Part shown: piece after piece, positions 16,519 to 26,026 of the stretch
Layout: the number at the start of each line of letters is the position of its first letter
Numbering within the stretch: position 1 is the stretch's first letter
NCBI GenBank assembly: GCA_965219455.1
Contig: OZ244744.1
Span: 3,616,001-3,680,000, forward strand
Direction of reading: 5' to 3'
DNA: 64,000 bases
Source of the DNA: Candidatus Latescibacterota bacterium
GTDB lineage: Bacteria > Latescibacterota > UBA2968 > GCA-2709665
Translations under genes and position numbers: made by a program
Notes under the pieces: generated by a model
The model's input: only the letters and a program-made list of their open reading frames with translations
Told to the model about the DNA's origin: nothing
Database searches by the model: none

Positions 16519-16740
16519 TTGGTGGTCAATCCAACCCAGATCACAATGTGACGCATTTTGCGACAGCTAAGGTGCATCGTTTAGAAAAAAAGAGCCCCGA
16601 CGAGACGTTCATCGGGGTCTTGTGTCTGGCAGCACGAGCAACACTCGGCAGTCAGCTGAAATCGGATAACGATACGTCCTGGCGAAGCCAATCGTCGATA
16701 TGCGCGCCACGACGAGGGCAACCACAAGGGTTGCCCCTAC
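16519..16740. repeat. 222-bp dispersed repeat, copy 2
   Basis: Same orientation and length as 11171-11392, with an identical core of about 60 bp. Confidence 0.9.
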
Positions 16741-16814
16741 GAATTCGATGACGGCGCGGGCTAAATCAAACAGCGGTTGGCGTAACGACCGTAAATCCGA
16801 ACGGTGTAATGTCT

Positions 16815-16925
16815 TCATGTCAAGCAGCAGCAACGGTCTCATGATGGGGGGAGAGGGACCTCCTGCTCCTCCTGCCCCCACGGGGCATAGGCCATGGATT
16901 GGTCGATGTTCTCGGGGCAGGAACG
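16815..16925 (-). pseudogene. Degenerate duplicate of the DUF433/DUF5615 gene junction
   Basis: Similar to 19244-19345 (TTCATGTCAAGCAGCAGCAACGG...ATGATGGGGGGAGAGGGAC); translates ENIDQSMAYAPW...EVPLPPS* and MRPLLLLDM. Confidence 0.7.
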
Positions 16926-16939
16926 AAGCGAAGGGGGCT

Positions 16940-17170
16940 GGCTGAACGCGCAAGGGCGAGCTGCCTCGCCCGGCCCTTGCCATGTCAGTTGAGCCCGTAC
17001 TTTTCCTCACGCTCTTCTGTCTCGCCGCTGAGAAGTTGCTTGAATACGTCGAAATCAATCCTACCCTCGGTGAAAACCTCCCGAAACACGGCCTTCAGAT
17101 GCTCGACATTTTCGGCCACAACGTCCGCCGATCGGGTCACCGAGACGTTGGTCGTGATTTTTTTAAGTGT
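16940..17170 (-). pseudogene. Type III RM methyltransferase (Mod) N-terminal remnant
   Basis: LKKITT...RSADVVAENVEHLKAVFREVFTEGRIDFDVFKQLL...EREEKYGLN*HGKGRARQLAL; a stop replaces the expected W, and the gene is truncated. Confidence 0.7.
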
Positions 17171-17242
17171 CTTCCGTCTTTAACGTCTGGAATCAGCGAG
17201 TATTTTCTCGATCCTGGCGGCGTACGTGCTTTGGTCCCAAAA

Positions 17243-17710
17243 TCAAGGGCCGCACAAGTTTCGGTTTCTTAACAGCCTGTCGTGCCTGCGCTGGAAGTTC
17301 CCGGCCCCACTCGTAGAATAAACTCTTCCTCGCGGATCGTCTATCAATCTCTTGTTTTTGAAGTCCTCCTGCAGCCTGCGATCGTTCGTGTATAGCAGTC
17401 GTGCGCCGCTGACCTGAGCCAGTGCAATGACATGTGGATCATCGGACGTGATTGCGCCCTCGCTCTGGAGTTGCTCTGTTCTTGCGTCAACTCCACTTTT
17501 GTTTACGATTCTCATTTTTCCAGCAAGCTGGGCCTCTTGTCCCCATCGTCTGAAGTCCGTCGAACTCTTCTCAAGCTCGTCAAGCAGCTTGCCTCCAACC
17601 ACCAGTCGGCCACTTCCTTTGTTGAGCCAATCAAAGAATCTCTCTCCTGCTGGCGGGAGGTTGGAACCGAATACCTCAGATACGGCGTTGGTGTCAATAA
17701 TTGCACACAT
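17243..17710 (-). CDS. PIN-like domain protein
   Basis: IIDTN, DDPHVIALA and LYTND acidic PIN-type motifs; 155 aa. Confidence 0.75.
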   Translation of the reverse strand: MCAIIDTNAVSEVFGSNLPPAGERFFDWLNKGSGRLVVGGKLLDELEKSSTDFRRWGQEAQLAGKMRIVNKSGVDARTEQLQSEGAITSDDPHVIALAQVSGARLLYTNDRRLQEDFKNKRLIDDPRGRVYSTSGAGNFQRRHDRLLRNRNLCGP

Positions 17711-17713
17711 TTT

Positions 17714-19099
17714 TCAGGTCCCTGTATCCTGTCTTTTCCATAGAGATCTGGCCGTTTCTTCCAGGAAAAAGTCTCGGTAGCCGTCAGGCGCCCCCAGGAT
17801 ATTTCCCTCTTCGTCTATTTCGAGTGAGTGAATATGTACGTCCAGGTCGCCGCGTTCAAAGTACAGGATGGAAACATCCTCAGGATTCAATGGTGTCTTG
17901 CCGTCTCGGACGTCCATCCGCACCCGGTCGAGCAGGTGGTCGCTATGCATCTCGACTATCAATTGCCGATCCGGCGCGGCGACCTGACAGAATAAGCTTC
18001 CAACAGCCGCCTGGGCACTGGGATGGAGATGCACCTCCGGTTGCTGTAACAGGAACATGGACGGTCCATTGGGGCGTAACAACTCGGTTATTATGGGCAG
18101 CACCTGGCTGACGCCATAGCCTGCGTCAATCAGGTTACGCTTCGGACCCTTCAGTCGGCCACTGTATTTCCTGACCTGCACCTGAAAAGGCTCACTGTCC
18201 CTTCTTCCAAGCGGTTTAATGGAAATTTCATCGAAGAGACCGGAGGCTTGCCCGACGCTTTCCAATTTTTCTTTCAGTCTCGTCCAGTTGCGCTTGTCCC
18301 GGAAGTACAGACCGGCGAGATACATGGGAACGTATTCGCCCTCGGAATCCGGTGACCAGCGAGCAGGATCATAGGTTCTGCGCGGCCTGGAGCGGACCGG
18401 CGCACCGGCGTATGGCCGCCGTCCGAGATAATTCAGGCTTCCCCGTCTGTGTGTCTCGACAAGTCGATCAATTCGCTCCCAATCCCTGTCGTCAGGCGGC
18501 TCAGAGCGTTGAAATATAGTAGTCTCTGGCCCGCTTTCTCGAACTTCAGTCATCTTCCGGCGCTGTGAATGGTAATCAAACAGAAAATTCGGGTTGAGTT
18601 CGCCGTTATAGAGGTTTGTGAAGGCATCGAAAGAACTCCGCGCCCCGGTCGAGGTTCCGTAGAGGGCGTGCCAGGACTGGTCTTCGAGACGCAACTCGCA
18701 CCAAACGTCCTCATTGGAAAGCCGTATTTTAACCGGATTGGGCACAGTCCCCATTTTACCGAAAACCACGTCGAATTCGTAAGGTTGGCCGTTGGCGCCT
18801 GCGGGTCGTCGTTTCCCGATGGCATTCGGGACGACTTTGAACCCCGCTTCGAAGGTGTCCGCCTGGGCGCCCCTGCCTCCCCGGTAGTGGGCGATCTCGT
18901 CGAAACTGCCCAGATCGTATGGTTCTTCTTTGAAATCCGGCGCCCGTTGCCCGTAGGCGACGTCCCACAGTGCCCGAATCATCGCCATGAAAGAAGTCTT
19001 GCCCGTGCTATTGTCGCCAACAAGCAGCGTCAGCGGCGCAAGGCGGGCGGTCTGCTTTTCACGGAAGCAGCGGAAGTTCCCGAGCGTAATCTGTTCCAT
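17714..19099 (-). CDS. ABC/AAA_21-type ATPase (DUF3696-like C-terminus)
   Basis: Walker A GDNSTGKT, signature GYGVSQVLP, QQPEVHLHP, EMHSDH, C-terminal IDEEGNI...DFF. Confidence 0.85.
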   Translation of the reverse strand: MEQITLGNFRCFREKQTARLAPLTLLVGDNSTGKTSFMAMIRALWDVAYGQRAPDFKEEPYDLGSFDEIAHYRGGRGAQADTFEAGFKVVPNAIGKRRPAGANGQPYEFDVVFGKMGTVPNPVKIRLSNEDVWCELRLEDQSWHALYGTSTGARSSFDAFTNLYNGELNPNFLFDYHSQRRKMTEVRESGPETTIFQRSEPPDDRDWERIDRLVETHRRGSLNYLGRRPYAGAPVRSRPRRTYDPARWSPDSEGEYVPMYLAGLYFRDKRNWTRLKEKLESVGQASGLFDEISIKPLGRRDSEPFQVQVRKYSGRLKGPKRNLIDAGYGVSQVLPIITELLRPNGPSMFLLQQPEVHLHPSAQAAVGSLFCQVAAPDRQLIVEMHSDHLLDRVRMDVRDGKTPLNPEDVSILYFERGDLDVHIHSLEIDEEGNILGAPDGYRDFFLEETARSLWKRQDTGT

Positions 19100-19124
19100 A
19101 GATTGGGCACCTCGTTCGGCTATG

Positions 19125-19272
19125 TAGAATGAAGACCGACATGGACTGCTTGAACACTCTCAGGATGTCGCGCTCGATCATCAGGTATTACGTCGAGTCG
19201 CGGTGGACGCTTTCTCAGCACCTCCACCCACGCTGGTGAAAGGTTCATGTCAAGCAGCAGCAACGGGTTTAT
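19125..19272 (-). pseudogene. DUF5615 (PIN-like) toxin remnant
   Basis: LLLDMNLSPAWVEVL; the start is ATA where the duplicate copy has ATG; short and truncated. Confidence 0.6.
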
Positions 19273-19499
19273 GATGGGGGGAGAGGGACTTCCCGTTCCG
19301 TCAGCCTCCACGCGGCGTAGGCCAGGGATTGGTCGATGTCCTCTTGTTCAAGGTAGGGATATGCTCTGAGGATTTGGTCACGCGAGCGTCCGGCCGCCAG
19401 CAGTCCAACGACGGTACCAACCGTGACGCGCAGACCACGAATGCAGGCCTTGCCACCCATGACGAAGGGATCGATGGTGATCCTTTCGAACGACTTCAT
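19269..19499 (-). CDS. DUF433-family antitoxin
   Basis: RITIDPFVMGGKACIRGLRVTV...YPYLEQEDI. Confidence 0.9.
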   Translation of the reverse strand: MKSFERITIDPFVMGGKACIRGLRVTVGTVVGLLAAGRSRDQILRAYPYLEQEDIDQSLAYAAWRLTEREVPLPPS

Positions 19500-19517
19500 G
19501 ATCTACCCCGATTGACG

Positions 19518-19808
19518 TCAGACATTGATCATCTCCCGCTCTATATAGGGACGCATCTCCTTCCGCAACGCTTTGTCCGTTACCAGATCAACCGGACGCC
19601 CGAGCAGGTCTTCGATGTAAAACTGAACGCCGAAATACCGCTTTGAAGTCGCGGGCGAGTCGAAACTTACCAGGACGTCCACGTCGCTGCTGCCGGTGGC
19701 TTGGTTGCGGACGATTGACCCGAACAGGGCGAGGTCCACAACGCCAAAGCGTTCCGCAAGGATCGCCTTGTGCGCTCGAAGCAGCTTGAGGGTTTCATCT
19801 CTGTTCAT
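19518..19808 (-). CDS. Minimal nucleotidyltransferase (MNT) antitoxin
   Basis: LALFGSIVR...SDVDVLV...LLGRPVDLV. Confidence 0.9.
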   Translation of the reverse strand: MNRDETLKLLRAHKAILAERFGVVDLALFGSIVRNQATGSSDVDVLVSFDSPATSKRYFGVQFYIEDLLGRPVDLVTDKALRKEMRPYIEREMINV

Positions 19809-20122
19809 GAATCGGGTCCTTCCTGATCATATCCGAGCAAACACACCGGGAAAACGTGGCATCAAGGTTAAAGTTAAATATCTGTCTAACAACCGTCAAT
19901 GCTTTATGTGTCGATGAGCGCCAGAGAGCGGGTAGCGTCAATGCACATTCCGACTTCCGCAAACGCTGCCCACGCCGCCATTTCCCCTTGCTTAAGTTAG
20001 GAATTAGGGATATTTTAACTTTTCCCCAACGTGGGTCAACGAAAGTACCGGAATTCGGGGCGAATTGACCACCGGATCCTGTGGAATGGGTGTTCAGAAT
20101 TAGACAGGGTAGGAGTAACAGG

Positions 20123-20542
20123 ATGGCTCAGCGATGGAGGGATTGGCTAGCCTAGGCGAAGCACGATTTGCAGCAGGCCGCCGCATCACGGAATGACGGG
20201 CGTCACGACTGGGCTTGCTTCGCGGCGCACCAAGCCTCCGAGAAGGCAGTGAAAGCGCTCCACGTTCTTACAGGAAAGAGGGCAAGGGGCCACGTTGTCG
20301 CCCGCCTCCTGTCGGAACTCCCGGAAGCGCCGCCGGAACATTTAGTCGAAAAAAGGCGGGTGCTCGACAACTATTACGTACCTACACGCTGCCCAAACTG
20401 GCATCCGGAAGGGCCGGCCTACGAACACTACGGACCGCTGCAAAGCGATCAGGGACTGCAATATGCCGGTGACATCCTCCAGTTCGTCGGAGCAAGTAAA
20501 GATCCCGATCCCCATGTCTCCTACAAGCACGATCACTTTTGA
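20123..20542 (+). pseudogene. HEPN-domain gene with in-frame stop
   Basis: RBS AGGAG, MAQRWRDWLA*AKHDLQQA...WACFAAHQASEKAVKA...YVPTRCP; TAG at 20153-20155. Confidence 0.8.
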
Positions 20543-21341
20543 TCCTTGGATCGTAACACACAGAAGTGGCAGCCTGAAATCCGGCTGCCGTTTCTCTTTC
20601 GGTTTCTCCTGGCGTGGATCTGGAGAGCTATTCCGCGGGCGGCAAACCGTCGAAATTCTACCCGCGCCGCTCACCATCAACATCGGACGTCAAAGACCAC
20701 GCGTCCCCAGTTGTCACGAGAAGCAGCAAAGGAAGCTGTCAGCTCTCAGCATTCAGCTTGAACCAAAAACACAAACCGTTGACGTCAGCGCCGCGAAGCA
20801 GGACCGGAAGGGGCGCAACGATGGCAAGATGCCCTCGATCCCAGGGGTCGTCAGAGTCAGTGATCAGCGGCAGAACCGTAAATCCGTGCGGCTGTCCTTA
20901 CCGGTGTATCTCCTTGCCGCCCGGTTGAGGTGTGGGGGGTTTTTCCGTGTTAATCCGTATATCACCGCGGGCCGGGTACTGCAGAAGGGATCGTAGGGCG
21001 CCCAAGTCCCATTTGTGCCATTGAGGTGGTTCACGGAAAAACCGGCCCCGTGCCGAACGGCGCCGTTCTTTTTGGTCCTTTTTCTTGGGCGTACAAGAAA
21101 AAGGACGAAGAGAAAATGAAAGTTGGTGGGAGAGGTTAAGCTCTTGTCCTACCGGAGGTTAGTTCCAAAGGATGTTTGTCCGCCGGCAGGCGACCTGTCA
21201 GGACGCTATGGGCAAAACGCAGGAGGACCAGCCTGTCCTTCCGTTCCGCTTGCGGCGTCTGAGCGGCGCCGTTCTTCAAAAGGCAGGAAGACGTGAGACG
21301 GCAGGACGGGCGAGGTAAGCAAAAAGGGCAATGAAACGGAA

Positions 21342-22559
21342 ATGAGGCAATTTATGCCCAAACAAAAACAGGTAAGGATCGGAATTGTGGGACTGGGGCC
21401 GCGCGGGAGGCTATCGTGGATGAAGAACCTGCTGCGGATAAAGACGTGCCGCGTGACGGCGCTCTGCGACAGAGTCGAGGCCCTGGTGGGGCAGGCGTAT
21501 CGAGAGGCCGGCGATCCGGACATCGCGTGCTACACGGACTATGAAGAGATGCTGGCGAAGGCGGACGTCGACGCCGTGGCCATCGTGACCGCGCCGCACG
21601 ATCAGCCGGATCTGATCTGCCGGGCGATGGAGGCGGGCAAACATGCGACGTGCGAGGTGTCGCTGACGTACAATATGGAGGATTTGTGGCGGGTCGTGGT
21701 GGCGGTGGAGCGCAGCGGGCTGAAGTTCCAGATGGCCGAGCAGGTGATGTACCACGCATTTGTAAATGCATGGCGGAAACTGGTTGTGAAGGGTAAACTC
21801 GGTCATGTCATCTTTGCCGAGGGACAGTATCTTCATGGCATGACGCCGGACCGGTTCTGGGTGGATTCCGAGACGGGCGAGCGGATCCATCTGGACGAAG
21901 CCCCCACTCATCCGAGAGCCATGAAGAGCAGGATGTGGAACTGGTATCCCCACCCGATCCTCTACATGGCAACCGACCTGGGCCCCATCCTGACGGTTCT
22001 GGAGGACCGGGTGACGCGGGTGACATGCATGGGGACGCGGCCCCACAGCTACTATTACGAAGGGATTCCCGCGTCGGATATCCAGGTGGCGTTGATGCAC
22101 ACGGAAAAGGATACGATTATCCGGATGGCGGCCGGTTTTACGTATGCGACAACCCCCCGTGATCACCACTGGTGGCACCTGGAGGGGACCACAGGGAAGG
22201 TGGAGACCGCCCGGTCCGCGGAGATCTACGGCGGATCTCGGGGCGTGGATACGCCGAAGATGTGGCTGGAGAGTTCCGGAGAAGAGGATATGCGGGCGAT
22301 GGAATGGACCTATTCCCCGGACGAACTTCCCGAGGAGGCCCGGGGAAGCGGGCATGGAAATATGGACTATTTTGCGTTGTCGTCTTTTCTGGACGCGATC
22401 CTGAATGATTCGGATCCACCCTTGAACGTATACCGGTCGGCGGAACTGACGGCGCCGGCCATCGTTGCCGTTCAGTCTGTGGAGCAGGGAAGCGCGTGTC
22501 TGAACGTTCCGGATTTCAGACCCTCGGAGAAGCGAAAGGCCGGTGCATTACCAGAATGA
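21342..22559 (+). CDS. Gfo/Idh/MocA-family NAD-binding protein (GH109-like)
   Basis: IGIVGLGPRG Rossmann motif, GKHATCEV, GSGHGNMD. Confidence 0.9.
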   Translation: MRQFMPKQKQVRIGIVGLGPRGRLSWMKNLLRIKTCRVTALCDRVEALVGQAYREAGDPDIACYTDYEEMLAKADVDAVAIVTAPHDQPDLICRAMEAGKHATCEVSLTYNMEDLWRVVVAVERSGLKFQMAEQVMYHAFVNAWRKLVVKGKLGHVIFAEGQYLHGMTPDRFWVDSETGERIHLDEAPTHPRAMKSRMWNWYPHPILYMATDLGPILTVLEDRVTRVTCMGTRPHSYYYEGIPASDIQVALMHTEKDTIIRMAAGFTYATTPRDHHWWHLEGTTGKVETARSAEIYGGSRGVDTPKMWLESSGEEDMRAMEWTYSPDELPEEARGSGHGNMDYFALSSFLDAILNDSDPPLNVYRSAELTAPAIVAVQSVEQGSACLNVPDFRPSEKRKAGALPE

Positions 22560-22664
22560 ACCCGCACCGGGTCTGCCCGCGTGGGAGCGGAGGCGGAGTT
22601 CGGACCGATAGCGCCCGTAACTTTCAGGATACGGAAATAAAAACCCCCAACAGGAGGCGTTACG

Positions 22665-23600
22665 ATGGCATCAGGTTTTCTGGATCGCCTGAAGGACGGG
22701 CCGGTGCTTGGCGACGGCGGCTACTACCTTGAGCTTGAACGGCGATGTCTGGGCAGTTTCGCCAAAGGCGTCCCCTGGGCCGTACTGGATCACCCCGAGG
22801 GTCTGCTCGAATTGCACCGGGAATTCGCGCTTGCCGGCGCCGAAGTGCTGCAGGCCATGGCCTGGGGCGTGGGCAAGTTGGATCGGGATGAGGAACTCCA
22901 CCGTACGGCCGTCGAGCTTGCGAGGCAGGCTGCCGGCCCACACCGGTTTGTGGCGGGTACGCTCAGCCCCTTCGGCATCGGAAAGTACCAGAGGCGATCG
23001 CCAATTACCGTTAAGGAAAGGCGCGAGGCGCAGGCGTTTTTCGAGCGGCGGGTGGGACAGCAGATCGCGGCGGGTGTGGACCTGTTCATCGTAGAGACGT
23101 TTTATTCCGTAGAGGAGGCTTCGCTGGGGCTGCCCTACATAAAGAGCGCCGGTGTGCCCGCCGTGGTGACGCTTGAGTACAAATCGGGCGAGTATACCGC
23201 CGACCGGTATCTGCCGGACGAGGCCGTGAAACGGCTCGTGGACCACGGCGCCGACGTGGTGGGCGTGAATTGTGGCCGGCCGTGGTATATGTACCGGGAT
23301 ATTCTTCGCAAGATGATGGGTGCGGTGTCCGCGCCCATATGCGCTCAACCCCTGGCGTACGTGCTGGAAAACGGCGCGGAGTATACGCGGGAGATCGCCT
23401 CGGGCTCGAGCGTTCATTTCGAACTCCGGCACCAACCCCGGCGTGAGATGGCCGACTACGCGCGGGACGCCTGGGATATGGGCGTCGATTTCATCGGGGC
23501 CTGCTGCGGGGCCCTGCCGTACCACATTCGAGCGATGGCCGAGGCGATCGGGAAACCGACGTCAATGCCGGATCAGCCCGGTCCGTATCAGCTTCTGTAA
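22665..23600 (+). CDS. Homocysteine S-methyltransferase family protein (BHMT-like)
   Basis: VLGDGG, HREF..AGAEV, ETF, GVNC and GACCG zinc ligands. Confidence 0.9.
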   Translation: MASGFLDRLKDGPVLGDGGYYLELERRCLGSFAKGVPWAVLDHPEGLLELHREFALAGAEVLQAMAWGVGKLDRDEELHRTAVELARQAAGPHRFVAGTLSPFGIGKYQRRSPITVKERREAQAFFERRVGQQIAAGVDLFIVETFYSVEEASLGLPYIKSAGVPAVVTLEYKSGEYTADRYLPDEAVKRLVDHGADVVGVNCGRPWYMYRDILRKMMGAVSAPICAQPLAYVLENGAEYTREIASGSSVHFELRHQPRREMADYARDAWDMGVDFIGACCGALPYHIRAMAEAIGKPTSMPDQPGPYQLL

Positions 23601-23606
23601 CGGCGG

Positions 23607-23820
23607 GGAGACGTAAGACGTGAGAGGTGAGATGAAGTGAGTGCCTAAAGAACGGGTAGACGTAAGACGTGAGAGATTGCCTGCCGTGTGCGTCTTCATT
23701 TCTTTCCGGAGGCATAAAGGAAGAACCAACCAGGCAAGGACGTCTTCTACCGTCTCCCCTCTACCCTCTTACCGCTTTCAGGTGTTTCATCTACCGTCTA
23801 CCGTCTCACCTCTCCCCACA
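23607..23820. repeat. Intergenic heptamer arrays in inverted orientation (MITE-like)
   Basis: AGACGTA/AGACGTG/AGAGGTG units facing TACCGTC/TCACCTC units. Confidence 0.55.
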
Positions 23821-23894
23821 TCAAGGGAATAAGGGAGGTTTGGTGGTCGGTTAATTCAACATTGAGTATCGTAACTATGGAGGAGAAACGAGAT

Positions 23895-24809
23895 ATGGCG
23901 CGGAATCTGATGGAGATGTTGAACGAGGGGATCGTCCTGGGTGACGGGGGGATGTTCCTGGAGGCGAACTGGAGAGGTTACGATGTGCCCGGCATCATCG
24001 GCTCCCACCCGGATGTGCTTCAGCAGATCCACCGGGACTTCTACAATTCGGGTGCCGAGGTGCTCCAGGCGCTGACGTGGTTTACCTCGGGTGCTCAGCT
24101 GGAGGAGAAATACGGATGGGGAGACCGCGTGGACGAGATCAACAGGACCGGGATTCGGGCGGCCAAGGAGGGATCGGACTGGGAGACGCCGGTAGGCGGC
24201 TGTCTCGTATCCACGATGACCGGTTCCCGTCTGGGAGACCAGGTTTACAATCCGGAGGATCCTTCGTCGGGCGCACGCGCGCAGGCCGAATGGGAAGAAC
24301 AGATCGCAATTCTCGTCGACGCCGGCGCCGACTTCCTGATCCCGGAGACGTTCTCCCGTCTGGACGAGATGCGGCTGTGCGTGGAAAGCTGTAAGAAAAC
24401 CGGCCTGCCGACGATGGCGCTCGTGGGCATCGGCAGCAATAAGGCGACACGGGACGGCGCCACCGCGGCGGAGTGCGCCCGCGCCCTCGTGGACGACGGC
24501 GCGGACATCGTGGGGACCGTCTGTATCGGGGACCCGGAACAGATGCTGCCGACGGCGCTCGAGATGCGGGAAGCGGTGGATGTACCGATCGCCTGCCAGC
24601 CGAAGGGATTCAGGCAGATGGAGGATACCGAAAACGTCGGCTATGCCGTCCGCCGGCATCGCAATGGCGTCACCCCCGACGATATGGCGGCGTTCGCGCT
24701 GAAGGCCAGGGCGGAAGGGATCAACTTCGTGGGTTGCTGTTGCGGCGCCGGTCCGTCCCACGTCCGTGCGATGGCCGAGGCGCTCGGGAAGCCGGTGCGA
24801 ACCACATAA
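23895..24809 (+). CDS. Homocysteine S-methyltransferase family protein
   Basis: VLGDGG, HRDF, PETF, GTVC, GCCCG; RBS GGAGGAG. Confidence 0.9.
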   Translation: MARNLMEMLNEGIVLGDGGMFLEANWRGYDVPGIIGSHPDVLQQIHRDFYNSGAEVLQALTWFTSGAQLEEKYGWGDRVDEINRTGIRAAKEGSDWETPVGGCLVSTMTGSRLGDQVYNPEDPSSGARAQAEWEEQIAILVDAGADFLIPETFSRLDEMRLCVESCKKTGLPTMALVGIGSNKATRDGATAAECARALVDDGADIVGTVCIGDPEQMLPTALEMREAVDVPIACQPKGFRQMEDTENVGYAVRRHRNGVTPDDMAAFALKARAEGINFVGCCCGAGPSHVRAMAEALGKPVRTT

Positions 24810-24844
24810 AGCGCAGGATCGGGAACATGACTTCAGAGGATCCC

Positions 24845-25972
24845 ATGAGCCAGAGCAGTCCAGGAGAGTTCCGCGTTGTCGCATTCGAGGTCCAGGATTT
24901 CGCCGGTGACTACACGTGCCACGATTACGGTGATCCGCATGCTCCCAGAATTGCGCGCCTCAGGGAAGCGTACGGGCTGGAAGGCGTCGTATCGGGCTGC
25001 GAGACGGAATTCGAGGGGTTTCTGGCCCTGAAGCGATGGGTCCGCAGCCAATGGGACCACGGGCTCTGGTACAACCGCCCCGAGGTTGACGACGGCCTGG
25101 GGATTCTGGAGGCCGTGAGCAGGGGAGAGCGGTTCTTCTGCGGTTCCTACGCCCGGCTCTTCGTGGATTCGGCAACCGCGTTGGGCTGGCCTGCGCGGAG
25201 GGTGGCGGTCTCCATCGAGGATTGCGAGGCGCCGCGTGACTACAGTATGTGGAACGTGGGACACGCGGTTGCGGAGGTCTGGTCCAACGAACACCGGAAG
25301 TGGGTGATGATGGACCCGGACATCAACGTCCACTACGAGCGGGACGGGTTGCCGTTGAACGCGCTGGAAATCCGGGAGGCGTGGCTGGACGGGACCGCGG
25401 ATGAGGTCGCAATGGTGCAGGATCAGCCGGAATTCGTCATTCCCGACGCCACGCACGTCCGGCTCGCGCTCCGGGACCCCACCTGCCGGAAGGATTATGA
25501 CGCGGAGGTAAACGCCCAGTTGTTCGCGAGGTTCCTGCGAAACAGGGTGATGGATTATTATGCCCGGGTTCGGGTACTGACGGATCGCCAGACCCGGGAA
25601 TGGGTGGACCGCAGATGCCTGCCGACGTTCGTGAGCAATTTCAGACCGCTTGGCCCCATTCAATGGACCTCCAGTCTCCCGGATGTGTACTGGACCGTGA
25701 ATCTGGTGCGCATGTCCACCCGGCCTTCATGGGACGAGAAGGGAGCCAGCCTGGCGGTAACGCTTTCACACTGCATGCCGTTTTTCGATCACTACGAAAT
25801 CCGCGTTGACGACGGGGCCTGGCAGCGGTGCGGGGAGCGTTTCGACTGGCCGATGCGGGAGGGGGTCCAGTCGTTGGCATGCAGGGGCGTGAATTCGATG
25901 AAACGCACAGGGGTTCCCAGCCGGATCGAGGTGGCGTACGCCCGGCCGCCTGGGGGAACCGGGTATTACTGA
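24845..25972 (+). CDS. Transglutaminase-like domain protein
   Basis: Cys-His-Asp triad FFCGSYA / GHAVAEVW / WVMMDPD; start placed at the ATG after GAGGA. Confidence 0.8.
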   Translation: MSQSSPGEFRVVAFEVQDFAGDYTCHDYGDPHAPRIARLREAYGLEGVVSGCETEFEGFLALKRWVRSQWDHGLWYNRPEVDDGLGILEAVSRGERFFCGSYARLFVDSATALGWPARRVAVSIEDCEAPRDYSMWNVGHAVAEVWSNEHRKWVMMDPDINVHYERDGLPLNALEIREAWLDGTADEVAMVQDQPEFVIPDATHVRLALRDPTCRKDYDAEVNAQLFARFLRNRVMDYYARVRVLTDRQTREWVDRRCLPTFVSNFRPLGPIQWTSSLPDVYWTVNLVRMSTRPSWDEKGASLAVTLSHCMPFFDHYEIRVDDGAWQRCGERFDWPMREGVQSLACRGVNSMKRTGVPSRIEVAYARPPGGTGYY

Positions 25973-26026
25973 TTACATTAATGACGCGCGTGCATGTCGT
26001 CAATGCGCCTACCGGGGAGAATCGGG

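Noticed and set aside
11171-16740. Possible CRISPR array or att sites from the 222-bp repeat
   Set aside because: Only two long copies, no repeat-spacer periodicity, and no cas, integrase or tRNA gene nearby
20123-20167. TAG read-through (pyrrolysine or recoding) in the HEPN gene
   Set aside because: TAG ends other genes in the window, no pyl genes are seen, and neighbouring genes are decaying
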